DNA from: Balneola sp. | GTDB lineage: Bacteria; Bacteroidota; Rhodothermia; Balneolales; Balneolaceae | Length of the DNA stretch: 64,000 nucleotides | Assembly: GCA_028284195.1 (NCBI GenBank) | Contig: JANQSE010000011.1 | Location: 18 to 64,017, forward strand | Direction of reading: 5' to 3' | Made by a program: the position numbers and the translations under genes | Shown: one piece after another, positions 10,525 through 18,780 of the stretch | Position numbering within the stretch: position 1 is the stretch's first letter | How the letters are laid out: each line of letters begins with the position of its first letter | Notes under the pieces: generated by a model | Database searches by the model: none | Told to the model about the DNA's origin: nothing | Seen by the model: only the letters and a program-made list of their open reading frames with translations

Positions 10525-10914
10525 ATGAATGCGAATAAAGAAGACATCGACAAATTGATTGAAGAAACCCTTAGCACTGAAGAAGCTAAATTCTATCATG
10601 ATCTGGAAGAGGAAGGGCTTTTTAAACAATGGGCCGGACTATATACAGGTAAACTGAAAGGCTGGGCAATACTCACCACCTTTTTTCAACTTGTACTTAC
10701 TGTGTTCACTTTTTATCTGGGATATAAGTTTTTTACGGCATCCGAGACACTCGGCCTGTTTAAATACGGCGCAGCTTTTTTCGTTGTATTTTTTGCAACA
10801 TCAATGATGAAGCTTTGGCATTGGATGCAAATGGACAAAAACTCAGTGCTTCGCGAAATGAAGCGGTTGGAATTTCAGGTGGCAGTACTTTCCGAAAAGC
10901 TGGGAAAGAAGTAG
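10525..10914 (+). CDS. DUF6768-like two-TM membrane protein, probable anti-sigma
   Basis: DIDKLIEETLSTEEAKFY N-terminus, two TM helices, KLWHWMQMDKNSVLREMKRLE; directly after the ECF sigma. Confidence 0.7.
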   Translation: MNANKEDIDKLIEETLSTEEAKFYHDLEEEGLFKQWAGLYTGKLKGWAILTTFFQLVLTVFTFYLGYKFFTASETLGLFKYGAAFFVVFFATSMMKLWHWMQMDKNSVLREMKRLEFQVAVLSEKLGKK

Positions 10915-11010
10915 AAACTGGTTTATGGGGCTTTTTCGATATCCATTGCCTTACAACGCCCCCTCCCCAACCTTTGGCAAGAGAAGGGGACTTTATGAAA
11001 ATATTCTCCC

Positions 11011-11043
11011 AACTCTGGCAGGGTTTAAAACCCTGCCAGAGTT
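11011..11043. repeat. Perfect 33-bp palindrome (REP-like)
   Basis: AACTCTGGCAGGGTTT-A-AAACCCTGCCAGAGTT. Confidence 0.85.
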
Positions 11044-11204
11044 GATTAAGCAGGAGGAAACTCCTTAAAATAGCTCGCAATTACATTAAAAAATCATCCA
11101 GAGCGCAGCGATGGATCTGCACCATTCTGATTTAGCTCTAATCCCTGAGTGGGGAGCAAGTGGTACTGTACATCATCAATCTTATCTTTATTTTTGGCTT
11201 GGGA

Positions 11205-11250
11205 AGACTCTTCGCTCCATCAACTTCGTTGATTCCACTTTGAGTGACTT
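11205..11250 (-). repeat. Intergenic repeat family A, copy 1
   Basis: Reverse complement matches 35313-35358 at 45/46 nt; internal hairpin ATCAAC-GAA-GTTGAT. Confidence 0.9.
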
Positions 11251-11389
11251 TCTTACCTGCTCAAATCCGTCTGACGACAGGCAGAAAATCAGGATAAAAT
11301 CCCGGTAAAACGGAAACTGAGAATAGCATGAAGAGTAGTATAACCTTTATACCTCTGTGGTTAAAAAGACCTGGTGGATATGTACCAGG

Positions 11390-11444
11390 GGGCTTCTTCG
11401 ATAAAATCCTCAACCCTAAGTTAATAGATACTCCTCGTAATGAC
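11390..11444 (+). repeat. Intergenic repeat family B, right arm
   Basis: CCTCAACCCTAAGTTAATAGATACTCCTCGTAATGAC, near-identical to segments of 35504-35562 and 36763-36818; abuts the GH125 stop codon. Confidence 0.85.
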
Positions 11445-12869
11445 TTAAAACACTTTATCCAGAATCTCCGGATGCTCGTTATGAACTTTTATAATCATTT
11501 CTCCGAACAAAGTATTTGCCCATGCAAACCAGTCCCTTGTGTACTTGATTGCATCATCTTTATGAAAACTTTCATGCATAAAACCGGTATCCGCATGAGT
11601 TTCCTTCAGCATTTTAATACATAGAGCGATTTCGTCAGGGTCGTTACTTGTAATAGCTCTCAGAATAATACCCATTGGCCAGATACTTTCTTTACCTGAA
11701 TGAGGACTTCCCTGGCCAGTTGCAGCCTTTCCTTTATTGAAGTATGGATTGTGCTCACTTAATAAAAATCTGCGGGTATTTCTGTATAGCTCACTGTCTC
11801 GCTCCACTGCTTCTATATAAGGAAGCGACATTAAAGAAGGGACATTCGCATCGTCCATAAAAAGTTTATTCCCGAAGCCATCTACTTCGTAAGCATAGAT
11901 CTTTCCAAAATCGAGATGTTCATGAACGGCGTATTCTTCAATGGCTTTGGTTACTTCTTTTGCCAGAGCATGACATTCATGTGCGAAGTCATGGTCATTC
12001 ATTTCTTTCATGTATATATCATGCAGCTGATTCAGAGAAACAACCGCAAACAGGTTCGATGGAATTAGATACTGGAAGATGGTTGAATCATCAGAAGGCC
12101 GGAAAGCAGAACAGATCAAGCCGGTAGGTTTTAGCTGTCGTCCGGTTCCGTTAAATGGCGGGCTGTCGATCATTACCGATGTGGTTCGTGCAAAACGGTA
12201 GGGAGTGGTTCCATCCATGCGCTGCTCGGTTCTGAGTGTTTGAACAGCAAGTTTCATGGCTTTGTCCCAGTCTTCATCAAAAGCAGAGATATCGCCAGTG
12301 ATTTGGTAATAAGCATTAGACAACCGGATTGCATAACAAAGAGAGTCCACTTCCCATTTGCGTTCGTGAATGCCTGGAAGCATTTGTGCTGAGTCATTTT
12401 TCCAGTAAGATTCTTTAGTTACATCTTTATAGAATGCATTTGCATAGGGATCGAGATTGATACATTTGGTTTGACGGTTTATAAGTCCTTTTACCAGTTC
12501 TTTGAGCTTCTCATCCTCTTTCATTAGTGGCATATATGGCCAAACCTGAGCGGTGGAATCCCGCAGCCACATGGCATCTATATCTCCGGTAATAATGAAT
12601 GTATCCGGTTTGCCATCTATGTATTCAAAATCAACGGTGGTATCGAGGGTGTTTGGGTAACAATTTTCGAATAGCCAGGCAACTTCCTCGTCCTTAATTA
12701 GAGGTTTAATCTTTTTGATAGTAGCTTCAACTGCTTTGCTGATAAATGTTCGTTCGGCAATCGGCGGGCGCTTACTTACAAACGGGGGAGTATTAAAGAG
12801 TTTCTGAAGTGGCAGAGCTGATGCACCAATAATAAAAGATGATTGTTTAATGAAAGTTCTTCTGTTCAT
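11445..12869 (-). CDS. Glycoside hydrolase family 125 (exo-alpha-1,6-mannosidase-like), Tat-exported
   Basis: Tat signal MNRRTFIK; ITGDIDAMWLRDS; HERKWEVDSLCY; MDDANVPSL; TRDWFAWANTLF. Confidence 0.93.
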   Translation of the reverse strand: MNRRTFIKQSSFIIGASALPLQKLFNTPPFVSKRPPIAERTFISKAVEATIKKIKPLIKDEEVAWLFENCYPNTLDTTVDFEYIDGKPDTFIITGDIDAMWLRDSTAQVWPYMPLMKEDEKLKELVKGLINRQTKCINLDPYANAFYKDVTKESYWKNDSAQMLPGIHERKWEVDSLCYAIRLSNAYYQITGDISAFDEDWDKAMKLAVQTLRTEQRMDGTTPYRFARTTSVMIDSPPFNGTGRQLKPTGLICSAFRPSDDSTIFQYLIPSNLFAVVSLNQLHDIYMKEMNDHDFAHECHALAKEVTKAIEEYAVHEHLDFGKIYAYEVDGFGNKLFMDDANVPSLMSLPYIEAVERDSELYRNTRRFLLSEHNPYFNKGKAATGQGSPHSGKESIWPMGIILRAITSNDPDEIALCIKMLKETHADTGFMHESFHKDDAIKYTRDWFAWANTLFGEMIIKVHNEHPEILDKVF

Positions 12870-12872
12870 TTT

Positions 12873-13562
12873 TTATCTAACAGATCTTGGTTTAATAGAT
12901 TCTATTTTTGTTGTTATAATATTATGAACAGAATCGAGGATATCATCTTCAGAAAAACTCAATCCTTGATCTTTTTTAATCGATCTTCTCAAAAAATTTA
13001 CGATTTCTTTTTTGTATAAATACTTACAAAGATTTTGAGGTTCAACGGCGAGAAATTTTTTCCAATACTTCTCTAAATCTCCTTTTGACACACATCTCTT
13101 AGTCAAATATTGAAAGTAAAGCGAAGAATTTTTTAATCCTTTTGTATCATTTAAATCGATAGAGAATATTTCTTTGTGGCTTACTTTTTTATCAATTATT
13201 ACCCTATAAAGATTAAAGCATTGTCCGTTTGTTAACAGAACCCAAGAAATCCCCTCATTGGCGCCATAATTAACAGCTTGTCTTATATGTTTATCAGAAA
13301 GTGATAATTGTATTGCTTTGACTTCTACAATTACATGTTGAACATTCCCTAATTGAATTACATAATCAGCATATGTACCCCGAATTGCATATTCAGTTTT
13401 GATTTCTTCTAGCTCTTCATATTCTAAAACGCTAGTAAGAAAGGCATTAATCATTATTCTTGTTCCAGATTCATCGAGCTCAGAATGCTTCTTAAGTAAA
13501 TATTTCTTTTTATAGTCTTTTATTCTGGTGTGCAGTTTTTTTCTTTGTATCTCTGTAAGCAT
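12873..13562 (-). CDS. Stand-alone HsdR N-terminal-like PD-(D/E)xK nuclease domain protein
   Basis: DESGTRIMINAFLTSVLEY; IKTEY...YADYVI...IVEVKA; RQAVNYGANEGISWVLLTNG; visibly AT-richer than neighbours. Confidence 0.8.
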   Translation of the reverse strand: MLTEIQRKKLHTRIKDYKKKYLLKKHSELDESGTRIMINAFLTSVLEYEELEEIKTEYAIRGTYADYVIQLGNVQHVIVEVKAIQLSLSDKHIRQAVNYGANEGISWVLLTNGQCFNLYRVIIDKKVSHKEIFSIDLNDTKGLKNSSLYFQYLTKRCVSKGDLEKYWKKFLAVEPQNLCKYLYKKEIVNFLRRSIKKDQGLSFSEDDILDSVHNIITTKIESIKPRSVR

Positions 13563-13676
13563 TGTATTCTATTAATTTAAACCATAATGAATAAAATGAA
13601 TTATTTATCAAGATTCTAAAAAAATAATAACTGTAAGTTTTAATCTTTCTACCTTTATACTTTGAAAACAAATGCT

Positions 13677-14813
13677 ATGAAAAAAGAACTCGAGTCCATT
13701 CGGGAGCGATTGGATGACATTGATAAAACGATTTTAAAGGCGGTTGCAGAACGACAGGATATAGTAAAAGAAGTAGCTGCTTTAAAGATTGACAAAGAAG
13801 CCGGGATACGTGACCTGGAGAGGGAGGAGCAATTACTAAACCGAATAAGACATTTTGCCCAAGAAATAGGGTTGGACCGGTATTATGCCGAGCATTTATT
13901 CAGAGAAATAATTACCAATTCTGTGCGGTTTCAAACTCATTCTTTGGTCGATCATCAGAATAAAAATAATGGCGATACGGTAAGAGTAAGTTTTCAGGGA
14001 ACAGACGGCGCATACAGCCATCTGGCTATTCAAAGGCACTTTGGAGAGCGATTTGGCAATGTTGAGAGCTATGGCTACGATACATTTTTACAGGCGGCTA
14101 AAGCGGTAAATAATGGGGAAGTGGATATGGCTTGTCTTCCCATAGAAAATACAACGGCTGGTTCCATCAACGATACATACGATATTCTTGGAGAAGCAGG
14201 CTTACATATTGTCGGAGAAGAGATCCTTAAGATTGTTCATTGCCTGTTAGCAGTTGATGAAGTTGATGTAAGTCAGATTCGTAGGATTCTTTCTCATCCT
14301 CAGGCTATTGCGCAGTGTACGAGATTCTTATCAAAGCTGAGTAGAAGCAGGGTAGAGTCATATTTAGATACTGCTATTTCGGCACGAAAGGTATTGGAAG
14401 ATGGAGATTTATCGCAAGCGGCTATTGCAGGGGCACATGCAGCAGATCATTATGGCTTGAAAGTAATTGCCCATGATATTGCTAATCAAAAAGATAATTT
14501 TACACGCTTTGTAATTGTTGCACCGGAACCGGTTCAGGTTGATGGACAAATTCCCTGCAAAACATCGCTAATGATGGTTACATCAAATGAAGAAGGTTCA
14601 CTTATTGAATGCCTGAACGTACTTCATAAGCATGGGATTAACATGAGCAAGTTGGAATCCCGTCCAAGAATGAATGAGCCGTGGCGGTATTCTTTTTATC
14701 TGGATATTGAAGCAAATACAGAGAATGAAGACACAAAAAAAGCTCTGCAGGAATTAGGAGAAAAATCCGCAGAGCTTAAAGTATTAGGGTGTTATCCCAA
14801 ACAAGAAAGCTAA
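13677..14813 (+). CDS. pheA: Bifunctional chorismate mutase / prephenate dehydratase
   Basis: LESIRERLDDID, RDLERE (CM); FQGTDGAYS, LPIENTTAG, SHPQAIAQC, NFTRF (PDT); ACT domain LESRP. TTG at 13662 is an alternative start. Confidence 0.95.
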   Translation: MKKELESIRERLDDIDKTILKAVAERQDIVKEVAALKIDKEAGIRDLEREEQLLNRIRHFAQEIGLDRYYAEHLFREIITNSVRFQTHSLVDHQNKNNGDTVRVSFQGTDGAYSHLAIQRHFGERFGNVESYGYDTFLQAAKAVNNGEVDMACLPIENTTAGSINDTYDILGEAGLHIVGEEILKIVHCLLAVDEVDVSQIRRILSHPQAIAQCTRFLSKLSRSRVESYLDTAISARKVLEDGDLSQAAIAGAHAADHYGLKVIAHDIANQKDNFTRFVIVAPEPVQVDGQIPCKTSLMMVTSNEEGSLIECLNVLHKHGINMSKLESRPRMNEPWRYSFYLDIEANTENEDTKKALQELGEKSAELKVLGCYPKQES

Positions 14814-14817
14814 AGAA

Positions 14818-16554
14818 CTAACCGGCAAGTTCCTGCATTATTAAATCGATCTTTTCATTCAGTTTTTGTGCTACAAAATCATATTCATGAGCTGTGGCAA
14901 TAGTATCATTTACACTGCAATAGAATTTGATTTTTGGTTCTGTTCCCGAAGGCCTGGCTGAAATAATTGCTCCATCTTCTGTTATAAATTGTAGCACATT
15001 GGAAGAAGGGAGGTCAATGGTATTGGTATCTCCTGTTTCAATATTTCTTTCGGTTTGGGATTTGTAATCCTTAATCACAGAAACAGGGGAACCGCCGAGT
15101 GATTTTGGTGGGTTTTCTCTGAAATCTTTCATCATATGCTGAATTTCTTCCGCTCCGGTTTTTCCTTTTTTAGTTACAGAAACCAAACGCTCCTGGAATA
15201 TCCCGTAATCCACATACATATTGATCAAAGCCTCATATAAGCTGCTGTCCATATCTTTGTAATAGGCAGCCATTTCAGCAATAATAACTGCAGAAACCAC
15301 TGCGTCTTTATCCCGCACATGTTCACCAATCAGGTAGCCATAGCTTTCTTCTCCACCGGCGATAAACTCTTTTTTGCCTTCGAATTTTGTCATCAACTCG
15401 CCAATGTATTTGAATCCGGTGAGAGTATTATGACAATCTACTCCATACGAATCAGCGATTCGGTCAATGAGGTAAGATGTAACAATGGTTTTAACTATAT
15501 ACTGATTGCCGTCAAGCTTTCCCGCTTTTTCCCAGGCTGTAAGCATATAATTAATGATTAGTGTACCGGTTTGGTTTCCATTGAGAAGTATCCATTCTCC
15601 CGAATTATTTTTTACTGCAATGCCAACCCGATCGGCATCGGGATCGGTAGCCATAACAAGATCGGCATCTATTTTTTTTGCAGTATCCAGTGCCATGGAA
15701 AGTGCTTCCTGTTCTTCGGGGTTTGGGTACACCACGGTAGGGAAATTACCGTCCACCACCATTTGTTCTTTAACCAGGGTTACATTTTCGAATCCATACT
15801 TTTGCAATGCGGGTGGAACCAAAACTCTGCCGGTTCCATGAATAGGGGAAAAGACAATGCTTAGATCTTTTTGGCTAGCAATAGCTTTTCTTGAAACAGA
15901 CAGCTTAACCAGTTCATCAAGATATTTATTATCAACTTTCTCCCCGATGATCTCCACCAGGTTTTCATTTCCTTCAAAGTCTATTTCATTAACGGAAGTG
16001 ATTTTTTGTACTTCTTCCATTACGGCTTTATCGTATGGGGCAACGAGCTGTCCTCCATCCGAACCATAAGCTTTAAAACCATTGTATTCTTTTGGATTGT
16101 GAGATGCCGTAAGAACCACGCCGCCCTGGCAGCCTAATTCACGAACCGCAAAAGAAAGCTCGGGAGTAGGTCGCAACCCTTCAAAGAAATAAACATGAAT
16201 GCCATTTGCTGAGAAAACATCAGCGACTACTTTTGCTAAGGTATCGGAATTATTTCTACAATCGTGAGCAATAGCTACTTTGATCAGCTCATTGGGGTAG
16301 GTTTTCTTCAGAAAGTTACTGAACCCTTGCGTAGCTGTACCAAAGGTATATTTATTAACCCGGTTGGAGCCAACTCCCATAATGCCACGTAATCCACCGG
16401 TCCCAAATTCGAGATCTTTATAAAAAGCGTCTGTTAACTGATCGAATTCCTGATTTTCGAGAAGTTCTTGAATTTCGTTTTTGGTATTCTGGTCATAACT
16501 ACCATTCAACCATTGATTGATTTTTTCCTGGACATTGGGATCAAGTGATTGCAT
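14818..16554 (-). CDS. pgm: Phosphoglucomutase / phosphomannomutase
   Basis: FGTGGLRG; phosphoserine TASHNP; metal DPDADR; GEESYG; RPSGTEPKIK. Confidence 0.95.
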   Translation of the reverse strand: MQSLDPNVQEKINQWLNGSYDQNTKNEIQELLENQEFDQLTDAFYKDLEFGTGGLRGIMGVGSNRVNKYTFGTATQGFSNFLKKTYPNELIKVAIAHDCRNNSDTLAKVVADVFSANGIHVYFFEGLRPTPELSFAVRELGCQGGVVLTASHNPKEYNGFKAYGSDGGQLVAPYDKAVMEEVQKITSVNEIDFEGNENLVEIIGEKVDNKYLDELVKLSVSRKAIASQKDLSIVFSPIHGTGRVLVPPALQKYGFENVTLVKEQMVVDGNFPTVVYPNPEEQEALSMALDTAKKIDADLVMATDPDADRVGIAVKNNSGEWILLNGNQTGTLIINYMLTAWEKAGKLDGNQYIVKTIVTSYLIDRIADSYGVDCHNTLTGFKYIGELMTKFEGKKEFIAGGEESYGYLIGEHVRDKDAVVSAVIIAEMAAYYKDMDSSLYEALINMYVDYGIFQERLVSVTKKGKTGAEEIQHMMKDFRENPPKSLGGSPVSVIKDYKSQTERNIETGDTNTIDLPSSNVLQFITEDGAIISARPSGTEPKIKFYCSVNDTIATAHEYDFVAQKLNEKIDLIMQELAG

Positions 16555-16639
16555 AAATCAATTAAGAATTAAGAATGAAAGATTAGGAGTAAAAGTAGCT
16601 AATCTTTCATTCTTAATTTTGAATCTTTAATTCAACTAT
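16550..16639. repeat. 90-bp heptamer-built palindromic repeat, copy 1
   Basis: Direct repeat of 17425-17514 (4 mismatches); core stem AATTAAGAATGAAAGATTAG / CTAATCTTTCATTCTTAATT. Confidence 0.9.
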
Positions 16640-16661
16640 AAAGATTGGTGGTAACTCATAT

Positions 16662-17429
16662 TTAAGCTTCCAATCTCTTAGATTGCTCCCAAAGTGCATC
16701 CATTTCTTCGAGCGTGGTTTCTTTAAGTGCTTTTCCTTGTAGCTTTAATTGTTCTTCGATGTATCGAAAGCGCTTTTCGAATTTAGCATTTGTTTGCCTT
16801 AAACTGTCTTCTGCTACCAAATTAAAGTACCGGGCTACATTTACCATAGAGAACAAAATGTCTCCGAATTCATCAGAAGAAGCATTTACATCATTTTTTG
16901 AGAGTGATTCTTTGAATTCGCCAAGTTCCTCTTCCAATTTTTCCCATGCCAGGTTCCACTTAGGCCAGTCAAAACCAACATTGGCAGCTTTTTCCTGCAT
17001 ACGCTGGGCACGAATTAAAGCAGGAAGCTGAACAGGAAGGCCATCAAGCGTGGATTTTTTGCCCTCTCTCAGTTTAATGGTTTCCCAGTTCTCGGCTACT
17101 TCGCCTTCATCCGATACGTTTTGTTCTCCGAACACATGTGGATGTCTCCGGATCAATTTGTCCATTAGTGTGTATATGACATTGCCGATTTCAAAAGTAT
17201 TAGTTTCGCTGGCTATGTTGCTGTGAAATACAACGTGCAAAAGCAGATCTCCGAGTTCTTTTTTGAACTCATCAAAATCGTTGTTATCGAGGGCCTCAAT
17301 GGCTTCATAAGCCTCTTCGATCAAATTATCTTTTATGGATTGATGGGTTTGTTTGCGATCCCAGGGACACTCTTTACGGAGTATAGAAACCAGTTCTACA
17401 AGGTCTTCAAACTTTTGGCTTGGCTGCAT
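16662..17429 (-). CDS. mazG: Nucleoside triphosphate pyrophosphohydrolase MazG
   Basis: LRKECPWDRKQT; EEAYE; ELGDLLLHVVFH; KLIRRHPHVF; tandem second domain EEELGE...DEFGD. Confidence 0.95.
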   Translation of the reverse strand: MQPSQKFEDLVELVSILRKECPWDRKQTHQSIKDNLIEEAYEAIEALDNNDFDEFKKELGDLLLHVVFHSNIASETNTFEIGNVIYTLMDKLIRRHPHVFGEQNVSDEGEVAENWETIKLREGKKSTLDGLPVQLPALIRAQRMQEKAANVGFDWPKWNLAWEKLEEELGEFKESLSKNDVNASSDEFGDILFSMVNVARYFNLVAEDSLRQTNAKFEKRFRYIEEQLKLQGKALKETTLEEMDALWEQSKRLEA

Positions 17430-17514
17430 AAATCAATTAAGAGTTAAGAATGAAAGATTAAGAATAAAAGTAGCTAATCTTTCATTCTTAATTTTGAATC
17501 TTTAACTCAACTAT
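17425..17514. repeat. 90-bp heptamer-built palindromic repeat, copy 2
   Basis: Direct repeat of 16550-16639; spans from the mazG start codon to the stop codon of the upstream gene. Confidence 0.9.
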
Positions 17515-18779
17515 GTTTTTCGCTTTTTCTTTTTTGCAGCGGGGAACAGGATGTTGTTAAGGATTAATCGATAGCCCGGGCTATTTGGATGAAGATCAAG
17601 ATCTGTAGGAGGATCGTTCACCCGATGTGTGTAATCTTCCGGGTCATGCCCTGCATAGAACGTCCATGTGCCTTGCCCGTAGTTACTGTGAATATACTTA
17701 ACCTGATTGCGGCCGGGCGATTCCCCCAGTATAACTACAGAAGATTTTACCTTTTCTTTTCGGAATGCAGTGGTCTGTCCATAAAAGCCTTTTACTGAAC
17801 TTACGTGGTTTTGAGTAAGCATAGTTGGAACCGGATCCCACTTGGCAGAGAAATCGAATAATGTGAAGAAATCGAGTGACCGATCCAATTGATTGGGACG
17901 CGTGGTTACATCCACATCAGCATGTTCATATTGGTAGGGGTCAATGATAATATTGAAATCCTGGAAGGCGAAAGTTTTTGAGAAATCCAGCTTTTCCTGA
18001 GCATTTGGATCAATTGCATCACCATCAAACTGGGTAGATGCAATATCAATACCTTCTGCAGCTAATGCGATATCGAATGTATCGGTTCCTGAGCACATAG
18101 CGAACAAAAATCCACCATTTCCTACATACTCTTTAATAGTTCGGGCTACTGCCTTTTTTTGCTCACTTACTTTGTTATAACCCAATTCTTTAGCCATTGC
18201 TTCCATCTGGCGTACTTGTGTGATATACCAGGGTACATTTCGGTAGTTTGCCCAGAATTTGCCGTATTGTCCTGTAAAATCTTCGTGGTGAAGATGAAGC
18301 CAGTCGTATTCTTTTAGTTTTCCTTCAAGTACTTCTACATCCCAAACTTTATCGTATTTAACTTCAGCGTATGTTAAAGCCAATGTTACTGCGTCGTCCC
18401 AAGGCAACGCCTGGTTAGGGGTATATACTGCTATTTTGGGTGCCTTTTCTAAATTAACAACAGATGTGTTTGAACCGGGCCTTTCTATTTCCTGTACAAT
18501 TGAAGTTGCGCGTGCACTGCTAACTGTTTCCAGGCTAACATTTCGTAGTCTCGATTTTCGTATGATATCATTATCAACAACGGCCAAAAAACTACCGCCA
18601 CGATAGTTGAGAAGCCATTTAACAGGATATCCATCTGTTACGTGGTTAAAAATTACGCCATATGCTTTAAGATGGTTTGTTTGGGATTCATCCATAGGGA
18701 TAAGCACCTGTTGCTGAGCGGGAGTTTCCATTACTATCGCAAGCATAAAAAAGGCGGAAAGAATGAACCGGTTCTTCAT
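17511..18779 (-). CDS. Conserved secreted Bacteroidota-type protein (family often labelled 'asparagine synthetase B'; probably class I glutamine-amidotransferase-like)
   Basis: Signal peptide from MKNRF (18779); LIPMDESQTNHLKAYG; WLHLHHEDFTGQYGKF; FLFAMCSGTD nucleophile-elbow-like motif. Confidence 0.7.
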   Translation of the reverse strand: MKNRFILSAFFMLAIVMETPAQQQVLIPMDESQTNHLKAYGVIFNHVTDGYPVKWLLNYRGGSFLAVVDNDIIRKSRLRNVSLETVSSARATSIVQEIERPGSNTSVVNLEKAPKIAVYTPNQALPWDDAVTLALTYAEVKYDKVWDVEVLEGKLKEYDWLHLHHEDFTGQYGKFWANYRNVPWYITQVRQMEAMAKELGYNKVSEQKKAVARTIKEYVGNGGFLFAMCSGTDTFDIALAAEGIDIASTQFDGDAIDPNAQEKLDFSKTFAFQDFNIIIDPYQYEHADVDVTTRPNQLDRSLDFFTLFDFSAKWDPVPTMLTQNHVSSVKGFYGQTTAFRKEKVKSSVVILGESPGRNQVKYIHSNYGQGTWTFYAGHDPEDYTHRVNDPPTDLDLHPNSPGYRLILNNILFPAAKKKKRKT

Positions 18780-18780
18780 A

